A stretch of DNA of 64,000 nucleotides from Rhina ancylostomus (taxonomy: Eukaryota). The stretch's first letter is position 1; each line of letters starts with the position of its first letter. The DNA is taken from the NCBI GenBank assembly GCA_030265395.1, contig JARFYF010000068.1, positions 11,185,337 through 11,249,336 on the forward strand. The letters run 5' to 3'. The translations under genes and the position numbers were made by a program. The notes under the pieces were generated by a model. It did not search any database, was not told the DNA's origin, and saw only the letters and a program-made list of their open reading frames with translations. Of this stretch, positions 1 to 13,634 are shown one piece after another.

Positions 1-3000
1 GAATATGAAACCATGGTCTGAATTCCAAATAATCATTCAACATTTGGTCCCACGAAGCATTAGACAAAAGTAAAATGCTCATGATGTTGCTAAAAAGGTG
101 CAGTAAACATGGGATGGGGGTGGGGTGGTTTGCAGACTTCAGCAAACGAAGGCAAAGAAACCGACAAGGAAAATGGACACCCGAATATGATAAAAAGTAT
201 ATAGTTTATAAAATATGCAAGACAAAGAAAACATTTTATCAATGTCACCTGGACTGATCGGACATATATACGCAAAGGAATAAGAAAATAACACATGAAT
301 TGAAAAAAAAAATGACGTTGTGAAGAAAATGAACATCAGAGAAAATGAGCAGGAGCTGAAAAACAGTATTGTAAAACTTTATTGGACAGAGAGTTAATAA
401 TTTCTTGGACTCGATGAGCGCCATCCCAAGCATAGCAATGAGGTTGGATTGGTGATGAAGTCTTTATTTGAGGCGTATGGACTTCAAAAGAATCTCTGGC
501 TCTGGCTCGTGTAAATTACAAATATTGACAAGTAAGCTTATTGGAGGCTCATAAAAAAAGAGTTGATCCATCTGTTGTCCAGGTACATTACCAGACGCAG
601 AGAAGTAGATAAGCTATCCAAGTCTGTCATGATGATTAAAGTGGAACACGAAAGCAAGTTCCAATTGATATTGTGGTGATGTCTTCTTTGCTTAAGACAA
701 TGCTCTTGTGGGTGTTGGGACCAGAGAAAAACAAAAAAAAGCTGAATTTAGCGAACACTTCTGCCAAGCAGCAGAGGACCTTCCTTAATTTATGACCCCA
801 CAACCAAGATACATGATTTTGTATTCTCATTGTTATTGTACGCCTGTGCAGCACAATTGATGATATTCGCTCTCTAAGCAACAGGCTGAAGTATGTTGTT
901 GCTGATCAATAGATTGAAGTAAACTGATGAATAATAATCATAAAATACACGGGATTCTGATTTTTGAAAATTGTTGGAATTATAGATTGGAAATCTGATG
1001 ATTTACATTCTTTACTTCCAGCAGTTTCATTTTAATGTAAACATTAGGTTGTGGCATGTTGGTGGAAGGAATTTAATGGGCATTAATAGGAAAATGGTTT
1101 TATCTCAAAATGATGGTGATTGGATCCCAAGAAGCACACTGGAGAGTGAACTGAAATTGCTAATCTTGCACGTTACCCTCAACTGAGACATGAACTTCCA
1201 CCCACCGTTTTTTCCCATATTTTTAGGGTCAGCGCGATTCTGAGAAGTAATAAAAATGAAACGATTCAATAAATAAAGCGGGATTTATTGTGGTCCGGAT
1301 CGCACATTTCCCTTGATGGAATATCTGCCCATTGTACTTACTGACCGTGTAATTACTGCTACTGTTCTATAAGAATGAACCGCTCGCGAGCCGCAGTTAA
1401 GTTGCAGCCCTGGAAATTCAGACCAACAGAATGCTTTATATTTTCTGATATCTCCAAATGCAATGGTAATTACAACGTTAAAACCAGAAACTATTAGTAA
1501 AATTCAGGGACCGAATTTAAATTAATGGACCGGCTAGATGCGCCACTTGTGGTTGGAGGAAGGTTGCTTTCCTTCTACTTCATAATGCACTATTCTGCAT
1601 CCTCTTCAATCGTTGGGTTCTGAGTTGTTCAGGAAGTTGGAAACCAAATAAACACAGAGAAGTACCTCTCTTTTTGATTGCCTCAGTCACACAAATTCGA
1701 CCTTAGATCATTCGGTTGCATCTTTCAAGTAAACCCCGCAACAAATACAAATACCTTGTCATTATTTCTTCCGAAACATAAATCCCATTTCATCTACAAT
1801 ATGATGCAGGTTAGTAGGGCTTTATATCCCTTTATTTCCTCCAATGGTAAATAGGAGAATACGCCTTATCCACAATTGGGACTTTCACATACTCATTCAT
1901 ATCTCTTCAACTCAACAAAATGCCAAACTACCAGATTCACCAAATCATTCTTAATGCCTCTGGGCTGCTGGTCACCTGTGTAACTCTTGTTAACAATTTT
2001 CACACAACTCTGACTGATATTTAGACGGGCACCAGGTTGAAGATGCCCATTTCGTCCATTTTATTTTAAATTACTTTCCTACAGTAAATACAGCATGAAA
2101 AAAGATACATACATTTGTCGAGGTGAAGTGATTGAGATGGTCGTCAAGCACCAATTTCGACATCTATTTATACCATTTTCATGGTAGGCGCTAGATAATA
2201 GGTGAAAACGTGGAGAAATGCTGCTTCTCAGAGCAGTATATTGAGGGAACTATGTCAATGGTCTCAGAAATTGAGTGGCAGTTATGGGTCCATTTCTTTT
2301 GACAGACCATTAGCAAGTTGCCAATGGTTTAACATGTGCAACATATCTTATACAAAAACTACGTCAGTTTGAGGAGTGTCATTATTTCGATGAGACTATA
2401 ACCACAAATCCGGGAGCTGCAAATTAATTTGCTGTTTTCATTATTATGACGGATAGAATTTAAGAGATCCGAATTAGAAATGCCTAAATTGTGGACAGAC
2501 ACAAAACAATAACTGCTTTGACATGATATTTCTCGGTACGAGCAGACAAGTCAGGTTGTGGTTGAGATGAAGCTAATTATTGGAATGTGTGGATTGTCAC
2601 TAATTTTGGAACGATTGAGCGGAATTTGCTTATGATTAGATTGTGTTCCAGATCCCATCCGTAGTCAATGGGATCCAACCTGATTTTCTGTTGCCAATCT
2701 TATTTTTATTTCCAATTCATCTTGTTATTATAAATATGCAGCGCACGCAGTCTCAATTATGCAGCATATGTTTCTTATTAAGGCACTCCCATTAGCCAGA
2801 GACAAGAGTTCCGGCAGCAAATTGCACTCGAGCTGATTTACCATTGGTTCGGATATACGTAATTCTATAAAGTTAATTGCTTCCGAATATGTTTAGATCT
2901 ACAGTGCAAATTTGGGCTATTCAATCTAAATTATTTATTATTTATTACGGACAATAATGAGAATCATTGATGGAAAATACACTTAGGGCAAGCCAATACT

Positions 3001-3099
3001 TTCATGCCTTGCAATATGTACAAGCAAAATGCTTCGTTTAATGAGAACCTTGTTCCGTTACGGCAATAGTAAGGCAAACATATTTTCAGGGAACTCTAT

Positions 3100-3620
3100 C
3101 AAAGTCAAAGTCATAGTGAAGTTTTTTTGAGGTATGCACAAGTATATGTATGCACAGTTGCAATGCAAAACTTACTTTCATCGGCATCACAGACACATGG
3201 CATCATATAAGCAGCATTCCCAGGAATAACAAAAATTAAAAATATATTGGACAGAAACTTCAAAAGAAAATTGCACTATTAGAACAAAATAGCAAAGTCC
3301 ATTTTAGTTCAAAGGGATCAGAGTCGTCAGAGTGTAGTGGTGATAAGGGGTTTGTCTGTTGATTCAGGAATCGAATGATTGAAGTAGCTGTTCTTGAAAG
3401 TGGTGGTGTAGGACTTTACACTTTTGTAACGCCTGCCCGATGGTCGGTGCGAACAGATGGCATGGCCCAGAATATTGGAGTATGTTGGCGCTCCTTCCCT
3501 TTCTTGAAGTCAACAATCAGGTTTTTAGTTTTGCTGACCTAGAGCGATAGGTTGTTGTTGCGGCTCCACTCAACCAGTTGAACTCTATCGCTCCGCTGAG
3601 CTGAGTATTCGACATCTGTG
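3100..3620 (-). mobile_element. Rex1/Babar-like LINE 3' remnant
   Basis: Plus strand begins with a short-repeat tail (TCAAAG TCAAAG) and contains AGCTGTTCTTGAA..TGGTGGTG..GGACTTT...GTCAACAATCAG.TT.TTAGTTTTGCTGAC..AGGTTGTTGTT, typical of antisense Rex1 3' ends; recognised by eye, boundaries approximate. Confidence 0.55.
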
Positions 3621-3732
3621 ATTAGTAACCGTGGCAAGAAACAGTTAAAACCCCTCAGCTATACTCTATGTTCAAAATAAATTATTCCCATGATTACACA
3701 ACTCTCAGTTCTCACCTGAGATTTCGATAATA

Positions 3733-3740
3733 TATAAATA
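3733..3740 (+). promoter_or_regulatory. Putative TATA box of receptor copy 1
   Basis: TATAAATA starting 78 nt upstream of the ATG at 3811; same spacing in copies 3 and 7. Confidence 0.55.
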
Positions 3741-3810
3741 CTTCTCTATTATGAAAGTATTAGCTGTGCACATCTGTAGAAACTGCAAGTAACTTTTGGG
3801 ATCACCGAAA

Positions 3811-6800
3811 ATGAATCAGCTACTCATGTCGCAGAAAAAATACATATATTACCCTATTCTTGCAGTAATCGGTGTTCCTGGTATGTCTCCTTTCATTGAG
3901 CCTTTAAAGGTTTGCACGGTCTTTATGACTTCTGTCATTTTCATTATCTTATAGAAAGTTCTCCCTCTCCGCCTTTCGTATGGCTATCTGTTTTAACTGT
4001 AGAACAATAAAACTAATTTTGTGTTCTGACTTTTATGTTGTTTAACTGCATAAACGTCGGGGGATCCAGCATCGCATACGTTGATCGATTTCTATCTGAG
4101 TTTATTTTATTTGTTTGATTGTCTATGCCTAATCGCCAATGTCACACACTGGGGAAGTTAACCATTTGAATTTGTATATTATTCCCATATTTGTGAGAAT
4201 ATTTAACAATGACATTAACCTCCATTTCAGTCAACGCTTCGTCATGGCATCTTTTATAGATTGTTTATTTACAGACTCAGTTAAAGACAACTTGTCTCGC
4301 CAAGTTCCATCAGGGTTGTATTGTGGAATGCAGAAGACCATGGGGACCTTGAACTACTGGCATGTGATGGCTCATGAAAAGGCATTTTCCAGTGCTCATT
4401 GGATTTCATTAGGAGTGGAATTGTCGCCACACGTGGATGTAAGAGGAATATTTGAAAATATAGGTAACTAAATTTTTGGATTGGGCTCAATTGTTCAATG
4501 ATACTCTATATTTTATCGTTCAGTTGGCTAACGGTAAGATAACTCAGTATGGATCTGGCCAATGCCAGTGCGACTGGATTTGCAAGGACCATCCTTAATG
4601 TTCGTAGACAGACTGGTTTCTACGTTTTCGATTTGCACGGAATTATTAAAGAAATAAAACTACCAACAGTTTGCGAGATTCACTCATATTGTCATTGCAA
4701 ACTCAGTCGAAGCAAGATATTTACCGCATTTATCACTTGAAAGTAAAGGGGATATTTTGCTTGATTCCTATAGAGTCTTGAGATTTCTGTCCGGCCAACT
4801 TTCAGGAATTGATCAAAGAACAGAACAATTGATTCCAAAACGATTGGTACAAACTGCTTAAGAAATGGCAAGTTAATAATTCATATTATTCTTCTATGAA
4901 AGTAGGAGATATACTCACCCTCAAATATATTATCAGTATGTTGTGCCATCGATGCAACTACAACCCGGATTCAATTATAATTGGTAACTACATCAGCGGA
5001 GTATTTCCCCTTCAACCATGGAGCTCGTGATCAAGGCATCTTTGTGGCGCCTGTAATCTTAGGAACAGAAATCTTAGAAACAGGAAAATTAAGAACTGAC
5101 CAGCCAATCGGATACTTATTCCAATTGCACAAAAAACGACATTGGATTTGACATAAACAAACTTACACCTGGCCGGGAAAGCGACTTTCTAAACCGAGGC
5201 TGAACTCACCAGTCAGTCAGTGACGAAAACTTAATGTCGGATTTGAAAGACTGAATTTGAAATATATCTATATCGTCAGTTTTATGGCGGTCATGGAGGT
5301 AGAAGCAGAACAACACTTTTCAGCTCAGTGAATTACAAACTTTGACTTGAAAATGTATGTGCAATGATTTTTCATAATTCAGTTTATCTTTAGTTTTCTT
5401 TCCAAACACTAGCGAGTATTTTACATATAAATTAAAACGAGGAATATATTCCATTCACTTGCACTGCACTCATTGTTTAATTATTTTACTTTTCTCGAAT
5501 AATTCTTAAACTGCCTTTAATAACAGACTATTGAACAGGGAAACGAATATTTTTGGATGACTTCGGACTGTCATGAGGCGGGACATTAAGATAGCGAGTA
5601 TTGTTGCCGTTGTCATTGGCTTTTCCTAGCGTTGTTGCTTCAATATACAAGCTTCAGGCCAAACCATCTGACGGGACTGAAAATGTTAGTGCAAACGCAG
5701 AGGAAGTGTGCGGGGCAAGTTCGGGAAGTCGGAGAGAGAAAAAAAACCAACAAAACATTCAGTCAATGTTTGGCCTAAGTGCAGAAAAAGTCAGGTTGCG
5801 GAGCCACAAAGGAAGATGAGAAAAATGCAGGTAAAGATAGTCTAGCACTGAGCGTGCTGTGCAATTACACGTGAGGATTTATTTGGCAATGACAGGAAAG
5901 ACTTTATTTTGCAGTCAGCTCAAACTAAAAAGGTTGAGATAAGGAAAAATCTTCTGCTAAGCCATATTTTTCTGCAAAAATGAATAGTGATCGTTACGTT
6001 ACTTTCCATTGAAGGTTGGTGGTTTCGGTTTCTACGACCAATGTTAGTTTGTAAGAAGAACATAATGGATTCAGAAATCGGAGCAGGAGTAGACCACCTG
6101 CACTTTCTGACCTACTCAACGATTTGTTAGTATCATGGTTGACCTTCCATTAATTGCCAAGTTCTAGAACTAACCCCTATCACTTAGTCCCCATAATACC
6201 CATTAATCTAACCAACCTATTTTGAATAACCGTAGGGACAACTGTCCAGGGTAGAGAACTATAAATATATCACCCTCTGAATGGAAAGGTCTTTAGTCAC
6301 TTCAGTCCTGAATTATTATTATCACATATGTTTTCCATTCATAGACTATTTTGTCTGGTTAAACATATTTAATATCTCCGAACTGATCGTCCATTTCAGG
6401 ACTTTTCCCCTAAATGTTCTCAAGATATTTCTCATACTTTTCAACAAAATATGGTTCCACCACACTTAAAACTAATATCTTGTCACTAACACGTCATGCC
6501 AAGAACTAAATATGCGCCACACTCTCTCCAAGTCAAGTATATACTTTCTTGGGTAAAAAGACCAAATCTGCAAATTGTTTTCCAGGTCTTGTCTCAACAG
6601 GTCCCCAGACAATTACAATAAAATGTCCATTCTACTATAGTAGAACTATCTAATCATTGGTCCCAATATTCTGCCGTATTTCCTTGTGTAATAAAAGATA
6701 AGATAAGGAGCCATTTGGCCGGTCGACCCCATGATGTATCCGAGAACAACCTATAAATCCTATCTTGTCATTCGTTACTAGATGCGAAAAATATAGAATA

Positions 6801-8263
6801 CTGCATAGAGTATCCTGCATTCCATTGAAAGTTACAATGTTCTCCAAAAAGGTTTTTGTCCAGTGGGTAAAGATCGTGACATTTTTTATGTGGTCTACTT
6901 TAACCATGAGCAGTGAGTTCGGTTCTCAGTATGGTTCTACAATAAACCTCTTTCCCTGATTTGGAAATCTCATTATAACTAGCGGCAAAATGCGTCTGGA
7001 CAGGCAGGTAAAACCAAATTGGGCATTCTTCCTGAAATCATCAAATGTTCTCACCATTGATTCGGAATGCCACGATTGCAAATGTCCAGTTGCAAATATA
7101 AGGCTAAATCAAAGGGAGGTTTCCCAAGTACGCGCGTTGTTCCGCTTATTTCAATGTCTATAGTTGGCGTGGCTATAGTTGTAAGTGAGGGACCGCTTTC
7201 CAATATAAGCAAAAATTAAAAAAAGGAATTTCATAATTCCTGTTTAGTTCATATGGTAGAAGAAAAATATATTTGAACTACATATCAAAACAAATTGTGA
7301 CAATGAGATGATTTGTCTGTTGTGCTTCCCACAGAAAGACCAGTTGCTAATACATGTTCTCTTCTTATTTCCAGCTAACTCAGTGACTATATACATTTTG
7401 TCTTTTAGAAAATTCGGCCTTTCCAGATGCATCACGCTATATCTAATATGGATGGCAGCCGCTGATCTTATGGTCCTGATATTTCAAGCAATTCTCTATG
7501 AGATCAAAGAGGCGTATTATCCACATTGATTTCTCAATTACACTCCTATTTGCAGTCTTAATCTCGCCCTACTTTATTTTGCTATTGATTGCTCTGTTTG
7601 GCTAATTGTCACCTTCGCCTTTGATCGATTTGTTGCTATTTGCTACCAAAAGCTGACAGCAAAATATTGCACTCCAAAGATTGGATCAACAGTAACAACA
7701 GTGGTTTGTAGTGTAAGCATTTTGCAAAATATTCCAATCTACTTTATTTATGAACCTCGTGAAGTAATTGAAGAGGTGCCATGGTCGTGTTTTATAAAAC
7801 CAAGCTTCGACACCTCATCATTTTGGGCCGCATATTTAGTGTTTGAAACCATCTTAACCTCATTTACACCTTTTTTCTTAATTTTCCTGCTCAATTCATT
7901 GAAAATTAGACATATTATACTGGAAAACAGAGTGAGGATTAAACTCAGAGGAACGAACAACGAAAAGAGTCAGACTGATTAAGAGATCGAGAACCGAAGG
8001 ATATCACAATATCTGGAAATTTTCTTTTGTTATGGCTGGTAATCTTTGCCTGTTTCATATGTGTGCAGTTTTCGGACACGCAGTTCTTGGAGACAAATTA
8101 CAATGATTCTTTCACCGTTGCCGAAAAAAATGGCTATATGTTAAGGTGTTTGAGTACTTGCACAAACACATTCTTTTATGCAGTGTTTCAAAGAAACTTC
8201 AGGGTGGAAATGAAAAATATAATTAAACCTCCATTCGCTTTTCTTTCCCATTTACTCAAATAG
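3811..8263 (+). pseudogene. GPR139-like GPCR pseudogene, copy 1 (exon 1 3811-3880, exon 2 7375-8263)
   Basis: Exon 1 reads MNQLLMSQKKYIYYPILAVIGVP-G|GT; acceptor TTTCCAG at 7374; exon 2 reads ANSVTIYILSFRKFGLSRCITLYLIWMAAADL...FDRFVAIC...STCTNTFFYAVFQRNFR. Premature TGA 7527-7529 (TCA in paralogs), TAA 7980-7982 (CAA in paralogs), ~16-nt frameshifting deletion near 8006. Confidence 0.9.
6060..6650 (-). mobile_element. CR1-like LINE 3' remnant
   Basis: GAAATCGGAGCAGGAGTAGACCA.. tail followed by degenerate antisense CR1 ORF2 end; approximate. Confidence 0.5.
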
Positions 8264-8949
8264 GTTATATGGCTTTATGACACGAAACACGCTTTTACAA
8301 ACACATTCAGGTCTAGTCATTCATTTCACAAGCATATAGAAACATCTACAGACATTACATTGCAGGGCACACTGTAGATTTACAGATAAAAATATGGCAT
8401 CTATTGTCATTCTAAGAAATTGTAAGCAGCAGTTAATACCCTTTCAGACTTGAACGGTACAATTGTAATATTTGTTGCTTTAAAGTGCTGTAAACGCAAA
8501 GCCATTTTCAAATAAAATTTCTCCCAGTTGACAGGCGGGATTCTATTTTTTTTTCTGTCGGAACGGTACACGGTACATTTTGGCAACATTCACCGGAAAG
8601 ACAGCATTAGTGCAATGTGAAATAGATTCAAAGTTGGGTGAGCCTACGGGATCAGGGAAATTTACAAATCGAATATGTTGGTTTGCAAGGAATTGCATTA
8701 TGCCTGTGACAGATCGGAGACCAACAAATACTGAATGACATATACCGTTCTGCCAGATAATAGAGAGCGGGCAGTTTGTTAATCGCAGTTGATGTAGTTG
8801 CATCAGACGTCTGTGAAGTAGGTTATGAGGAAGTAGGAGATGTAAGAACTCAATTACAAGTAACCTGTGGTGAAAGAAAATCCTTCAAATACTTATTCGG
8901 TTTGGAGGCAACTTTGGAGCGGGAAAAGGTAAGTTATTATTACGGGTTG

Positions 8950-9600
8950 ATGCACTGTCATCAGTCTTGGCTGGTTCAGATATAAAGTGGAAAATCTGGA
9001 AAATAGAAATTGTTGAAGGAACTGTCCCGATGGTTGTAAGGCGGTCAGACAGAAGATGAGGTTCTGCACTCTGAGCTTTCCTTCATCTTCGGTTGAATGG
9101 TTTGAAGGGCTAAATACCGAGAGATCAGAGTGAGATTGAGATGGACAGTGATCGTGCTAACAACGGCTTACGGATTGAAGAACCCACCCGATTTGCGTTT
9201 GGATTTTTTTTTCATATAGCAGATCGCGCTGCGAACAACGAATGTACTGCACGAAATCTGCATTTGTATTTGCATTGTATTCTGAATGCAAGTGAGATGC
9301 GAAGGAACGAAATAATAGTGTGGATCAGGAGAAATGAATTCTTTAGGGCATGAAGTGTCTGAAGCAACTGATCTATTAGGGCAATCCTCCTTGTGGATCC
9401 TGGGGAGAAATAATTTCTTGTCTATGTGTAGTTAGGTGGTATCTGTGGAAGGAAAACCATCCTAGAAAATGAGATTCGGATGCCCACTGTCTCCTCGGAC
9501 TTTTCCCTTTGTCGTCCCCAACATTCAGCCACATGAGATGGATCTTCCATGCTGCAGCTGGTCTATAAGGTGAAGCCTGATGAGAAAGCTACTCCGGCGG
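8950..9600 (-). mobile_element. Penelope-like element remnant (GIY-YIG region)
   Basis: Minus strand near 9190-9260 gives a degenerate VQYIRCSQRDLLY..KRK, matching the PLE endonuclease motif VYCIRCSRCGLLYIGETKR. Confidence 0.5.
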
Positions 9601-10530
9601 AATAAGCTTCGGCGTGCCTTCTGAAATCTCAAATATTTCTTGGACTTAACGCTGTGGGTGTAAGTTTCGCTGTTTTGTTAAATAATTCTCAAAATAGAAC
9701 CCTTTAGAAAATTGCTCACATGCATTTACAGAAGCAAAAAAAAAGATCATCAACAAAAATACAATAAAACAGCACATATACCTTTAAAAGTTCGAAATAC
9801 CTTTAAAAAGTTAGCCGAAGATATGATAAATGCTTCCGCTGTACATCTTTCTAAAATTAAGTCAATCGATTTCAAAGCAATTTAATAGATTGCGTTGCTG
9901 ATCCGAGTTATATCTGATAGTTGGATAGATTTCATATCTGGAAATGCAGCACAGTAATTAACTGTTCGCCACTGCTTCGGTGCTGAGCTAACTATAGTAG
10001 TGGAAAATTTCCTGCACCACTACCAGAGGTAAGCATTTACAATTGAAGTAAGTGCTCAAGCATTCAAGCAGCTCATTATTTAACGAGGAATAATCAGGAA
10101 TAATTGCAATATGTTACTAAATTTATAACGTGAATTGTAATATATTTAAATGCTGATTTCACCAACCACAGGAGCATTACAATATTGACTGTTGCCAGCA
10201 TAAAGTTATATTCCTCAACAGTATCCTTCATATCAGTATTATTCTTTCCATCTTCCATCTCTCGAACTCCTTTTCTTACCACATTGATAGTTAAAGTGCA
10301 CATTACATTTGGGAAGTTAGGAAGCAGAATAAACACAACTGGTACAAATAGCTTAAGAATTAGTTCGAAACACCAAATGCGATTTGTATTAGTAAACCAT
10401 ACCGATTTGGTTCCACATAACGACACTATGGTTCATTACCTGTTCTTGATACTTTGTAGGCAATTTTACTGCTTGTTTTCCAAGGAGGCAAGTCAAACAC
10501 ATAAGAATACCGTTTTTAAAAGTTGCTTCA

Positions 10531-10600
10531 CGGGAACCCCAAATACTACAAGAATAGGATGGTAAATGCGTTATATCTCGAGGATTACAGGCAGTCCCAC
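10531..10600 (-). pseudogene. Orphan degenerate exon 1 of GPR139-like receptor, copy 2
   Basis: Minus strand reads GTG GGA CTG CCT GTA ATC CTC GAG ATA TAA CGC ATT TAC CAT CCT ATT CTT GTA GTA TTT GGG GTT CCC G (cf. copy 9 MGLPVILQIERIYYPILVAIGVP). Start lost, in-frame stop, donor reads TGAAGC instead of GTAAGC; no exon 2 seen downstream. Confidence 0.8.
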
Positions 10601-10989
10601 ATTCGGAGTGAAGATACGTTTCTGGCGAGTTGAGCTCACATGAAGACCTCCTGCTTTCGAAGTTATGTCTGATTTCTATCTCGGAGAATTATGTGGGGCA
10701 CAATGATTCCAGCTATCCATTTGCTTAACGACACTAATTCAGTGAAATTCCGTTTACTAACACTGATTACGATTATTATAGCACATTATGTAAACCAAAT
10801 ATAATGCTCAAAACATTTGAGTTGGAACAAAACTACCCATTGCTTGTTAAGTAGCACTTCCTTGTTTAGCTGCACTAAGTGTTGATTTGTATCATTTTAA
10901 TATTTTTGAAGTATACTTTACTGCAGCTATACACAGGACCAAAGCCGCACGATTAAGTTTCAATTTAAATTATCTTTCTTTAAGTTGTA

Positions 10990-11115
10990 CTTACAACGTG
11001 GTAACAGGCCCTTCCGGCCCAACGAGTCCGCGCCACTCATTTTTTAAGCCCATGTTAACCTACCCATACGTCTTTGGAATGTGGGAGGAAACTGGAGCTC
11101 CCAGAGGAAACCGAT
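10990..11115 (-). mobile_element. tRNA-derived V-SINE/HE1-like fragment
   Basis: ACAGGCCCTTCCGGCCCAACGAGTCCGCGCC...CGTCTTTGGAATGTGGGAGGAAACTGGAG, the antisense V-domain of vertebrate V-SINEs. Confidence 0.6.
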
Positions 11116-13634
11116 ACAAAGCATAAGTATTTCCGGAATTTACCGAGAATATTCTACAGAGCAAAAATATAGAGTTTTAGTACTGTGACTCACTGCAGCG
11201 ATACTCACATGCGATTTGTTTATTTTGGGTATAAATAAATCCATTCTGTACGATTGAAACAGACGGGAAACGGCTTCCACAGCAAAACGTAAGGTAATAC
11301 ACTGGAACCGTTGAACAAACACGGGAGCCTATTCATTCCCAAAAGTAATAATTGTTCATTAGATTATTTTCTTATGTTTAAATCATTCTTAAGTCTATCA
11401 CTTTGTGCTTCCAAGTACTGTAAGGAAAACCGAGAAAGCAACATGGGACTTCGTGGTGCAAAATATCGCGACACTTCGCTAACCTTATTTCTACCTAGCA
11501 GAATTATTTTTTCTACAATTAGAAAAATATCAGAAACAAGTCTATCTGTGTATATGACCTCCAATAACGATTTTTCTTATTACGATCCCCGTCATTTCGC
11601 TTGAAAAATGGTTGTCTTCGTGGTAAGAAAATCAGAAGGGCGAGCCAAGAAAAGCAAATGTCAGACTTACACTGCCACGATATACCGTCCCTGGCAGATT
11701 GTTTTGCGTTCTTGTTTCTTTCGTGTTGCGTAAATGTGAGTACTTACTAAAGAGCATTGAACTGCATTCGGTCAGCAATTATTTTTGTACTATGTGAGCC
11801 CTGTGTTGGCGGCAAAGATTGAAGCCTTTTTATGGGTCACGGAAGTGTAGAATAAAAATGTACGATGTCATGAATGATTACACAGCAGTCTGACACATTC
11901 AACCAGCTGGATATTTTAAGACCGACTGCGTGCCTCTGAACAATAAGCAGTGGAAGCCTGCCCTCAGACTCCTCCTTGGCAATTGCAGACCTCAGCTCTT
12001 CATTTGGATCAGAGCAAAATAACTTTACTCCCTCACCAATTTCGAAGCAGTATTTCAAAGGAAGTCTTGATGCAGGCTCTCCACCCAAAACGTCGATCGC
12101 TGCTTGGCCTCAGCTGATACCGCTTGACTTGTTGAGTGCCATTAGTTTATTTTTATTCAAAGGAGTTTTCTGTTCGAAAGTGAAGCTGACAAACTTCTTT
12201 GTAGAGAACAGTGGCCATTCGAAATCAATGATGGATTATGGTAATATCGTCAGAGCAGTTTTAGGAATGTCCGATGTGTACCACATGCACCCTAAGTCGG
12301 TTACTATTGAAATAAAATACACATTTTTATTTTCCCCATAACCATTCTGCCATTATCTGTGGCGCAGTTTTTAACATTACTGCCTCACAGCCCCAGACAT
12401 TCACGTTCGAACATTATTATCGTTGGTGTTGTTAGTGTGGAATTTTCTCCCTTGGATCATGTGATAAGATATGAAACTAAAAGTTCCTTTAAGAAAACAC
12501 TGATATTGCTTCCCTCGATGTTTCTATACTGTCATAAGAATTTGCAAATGGAATCGATTTTCAACATCTCTTATAGCTCACGTGACAAAAGTACATTAAA
12601 ATTCCTGCCAATGCCCTTATTATAATTCTGTGCAGACAATGCGTTGTTATGGAACCTACGTAAACTGTTAATGGCGCCACGTTTTTTAAATAGGCTGTCT
12701 GTCTGTTGCAGAAAATATAAAATTGCATATCACTGATTAAATTCCATTTATATAATTTATTACATGCTCTCTTAATTTTTCTTGCAACACTGACTGTCAT
12801 GTATTCTTTGGTCAACAATGAATTCCCAAGTGGACCATTGCGTAAAACATCCAGTCAAAATACAATACTGCAGTATCGGGGGAACAGACATGTGTTGAAA
12901 TATGGGCATGTATCCAAAATCATATGTTGTTTAGAGTGAAACGTCTTGGATAACCAATGTTACCCAATCTAAAATCTCTGCGTTTCACCACCGAAGGGTC
13001 TCTAGGGATATTATGGCGTAGAGTCTAAATATCTCGTAGCTTCTCAGAGATTACAATGATACAGCATTTTTGGATGCAACATACTATAATCACGGGGGAA
13101 TGAAGCTTAAAAAAACCGCAGAGCAATTGCACATGAGATGAGACTATTCAGTCCACAGGCCATTAAGCTCTTTGTTTTAGAGACATTCGGCAATTTCTCC
13201 TTCTCTATGATCATCCCAGCGCAATACCTTTCTTTTTCATGTACGTTCACAGAGCAATTTATAAGGCTACATTGAAGGTATTCTCCGTTAATATACCAGT
13301 AACTTCATTGCAGTCTATACCGAGATGTTGCCTGCTTTTTTTCGCAGTAATACCACAGTTATTTTTACTTCTTTGACACCTAACTTCATTCTACGCTTTC
13401 TGCATATTAAAACTTCAACCAATGAGAGAGCATCGATCTCAGTCTCTTCTGTCCATACACTCAATAAAAAAAATAATGCCGGAACTCTTCATCAGGTGCG
13501 TCAGCATTTGCGAATAGCGATGAAAAGCTATTCTTTTAGTTGAATGGACCGGAGGAGTGATAAAGCAAATGCAATTTGCAAACAGAGTGGAGGTGCAGAC
13601 GAGAACGGAATAGGGAGAAAACCAATGTTGTTAA

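Noticed and set aside
1-2100. Possible decayed L1/Tx1-like LINE
   Set aside because: Only a vague resemblance; no motif could be read with confidence.
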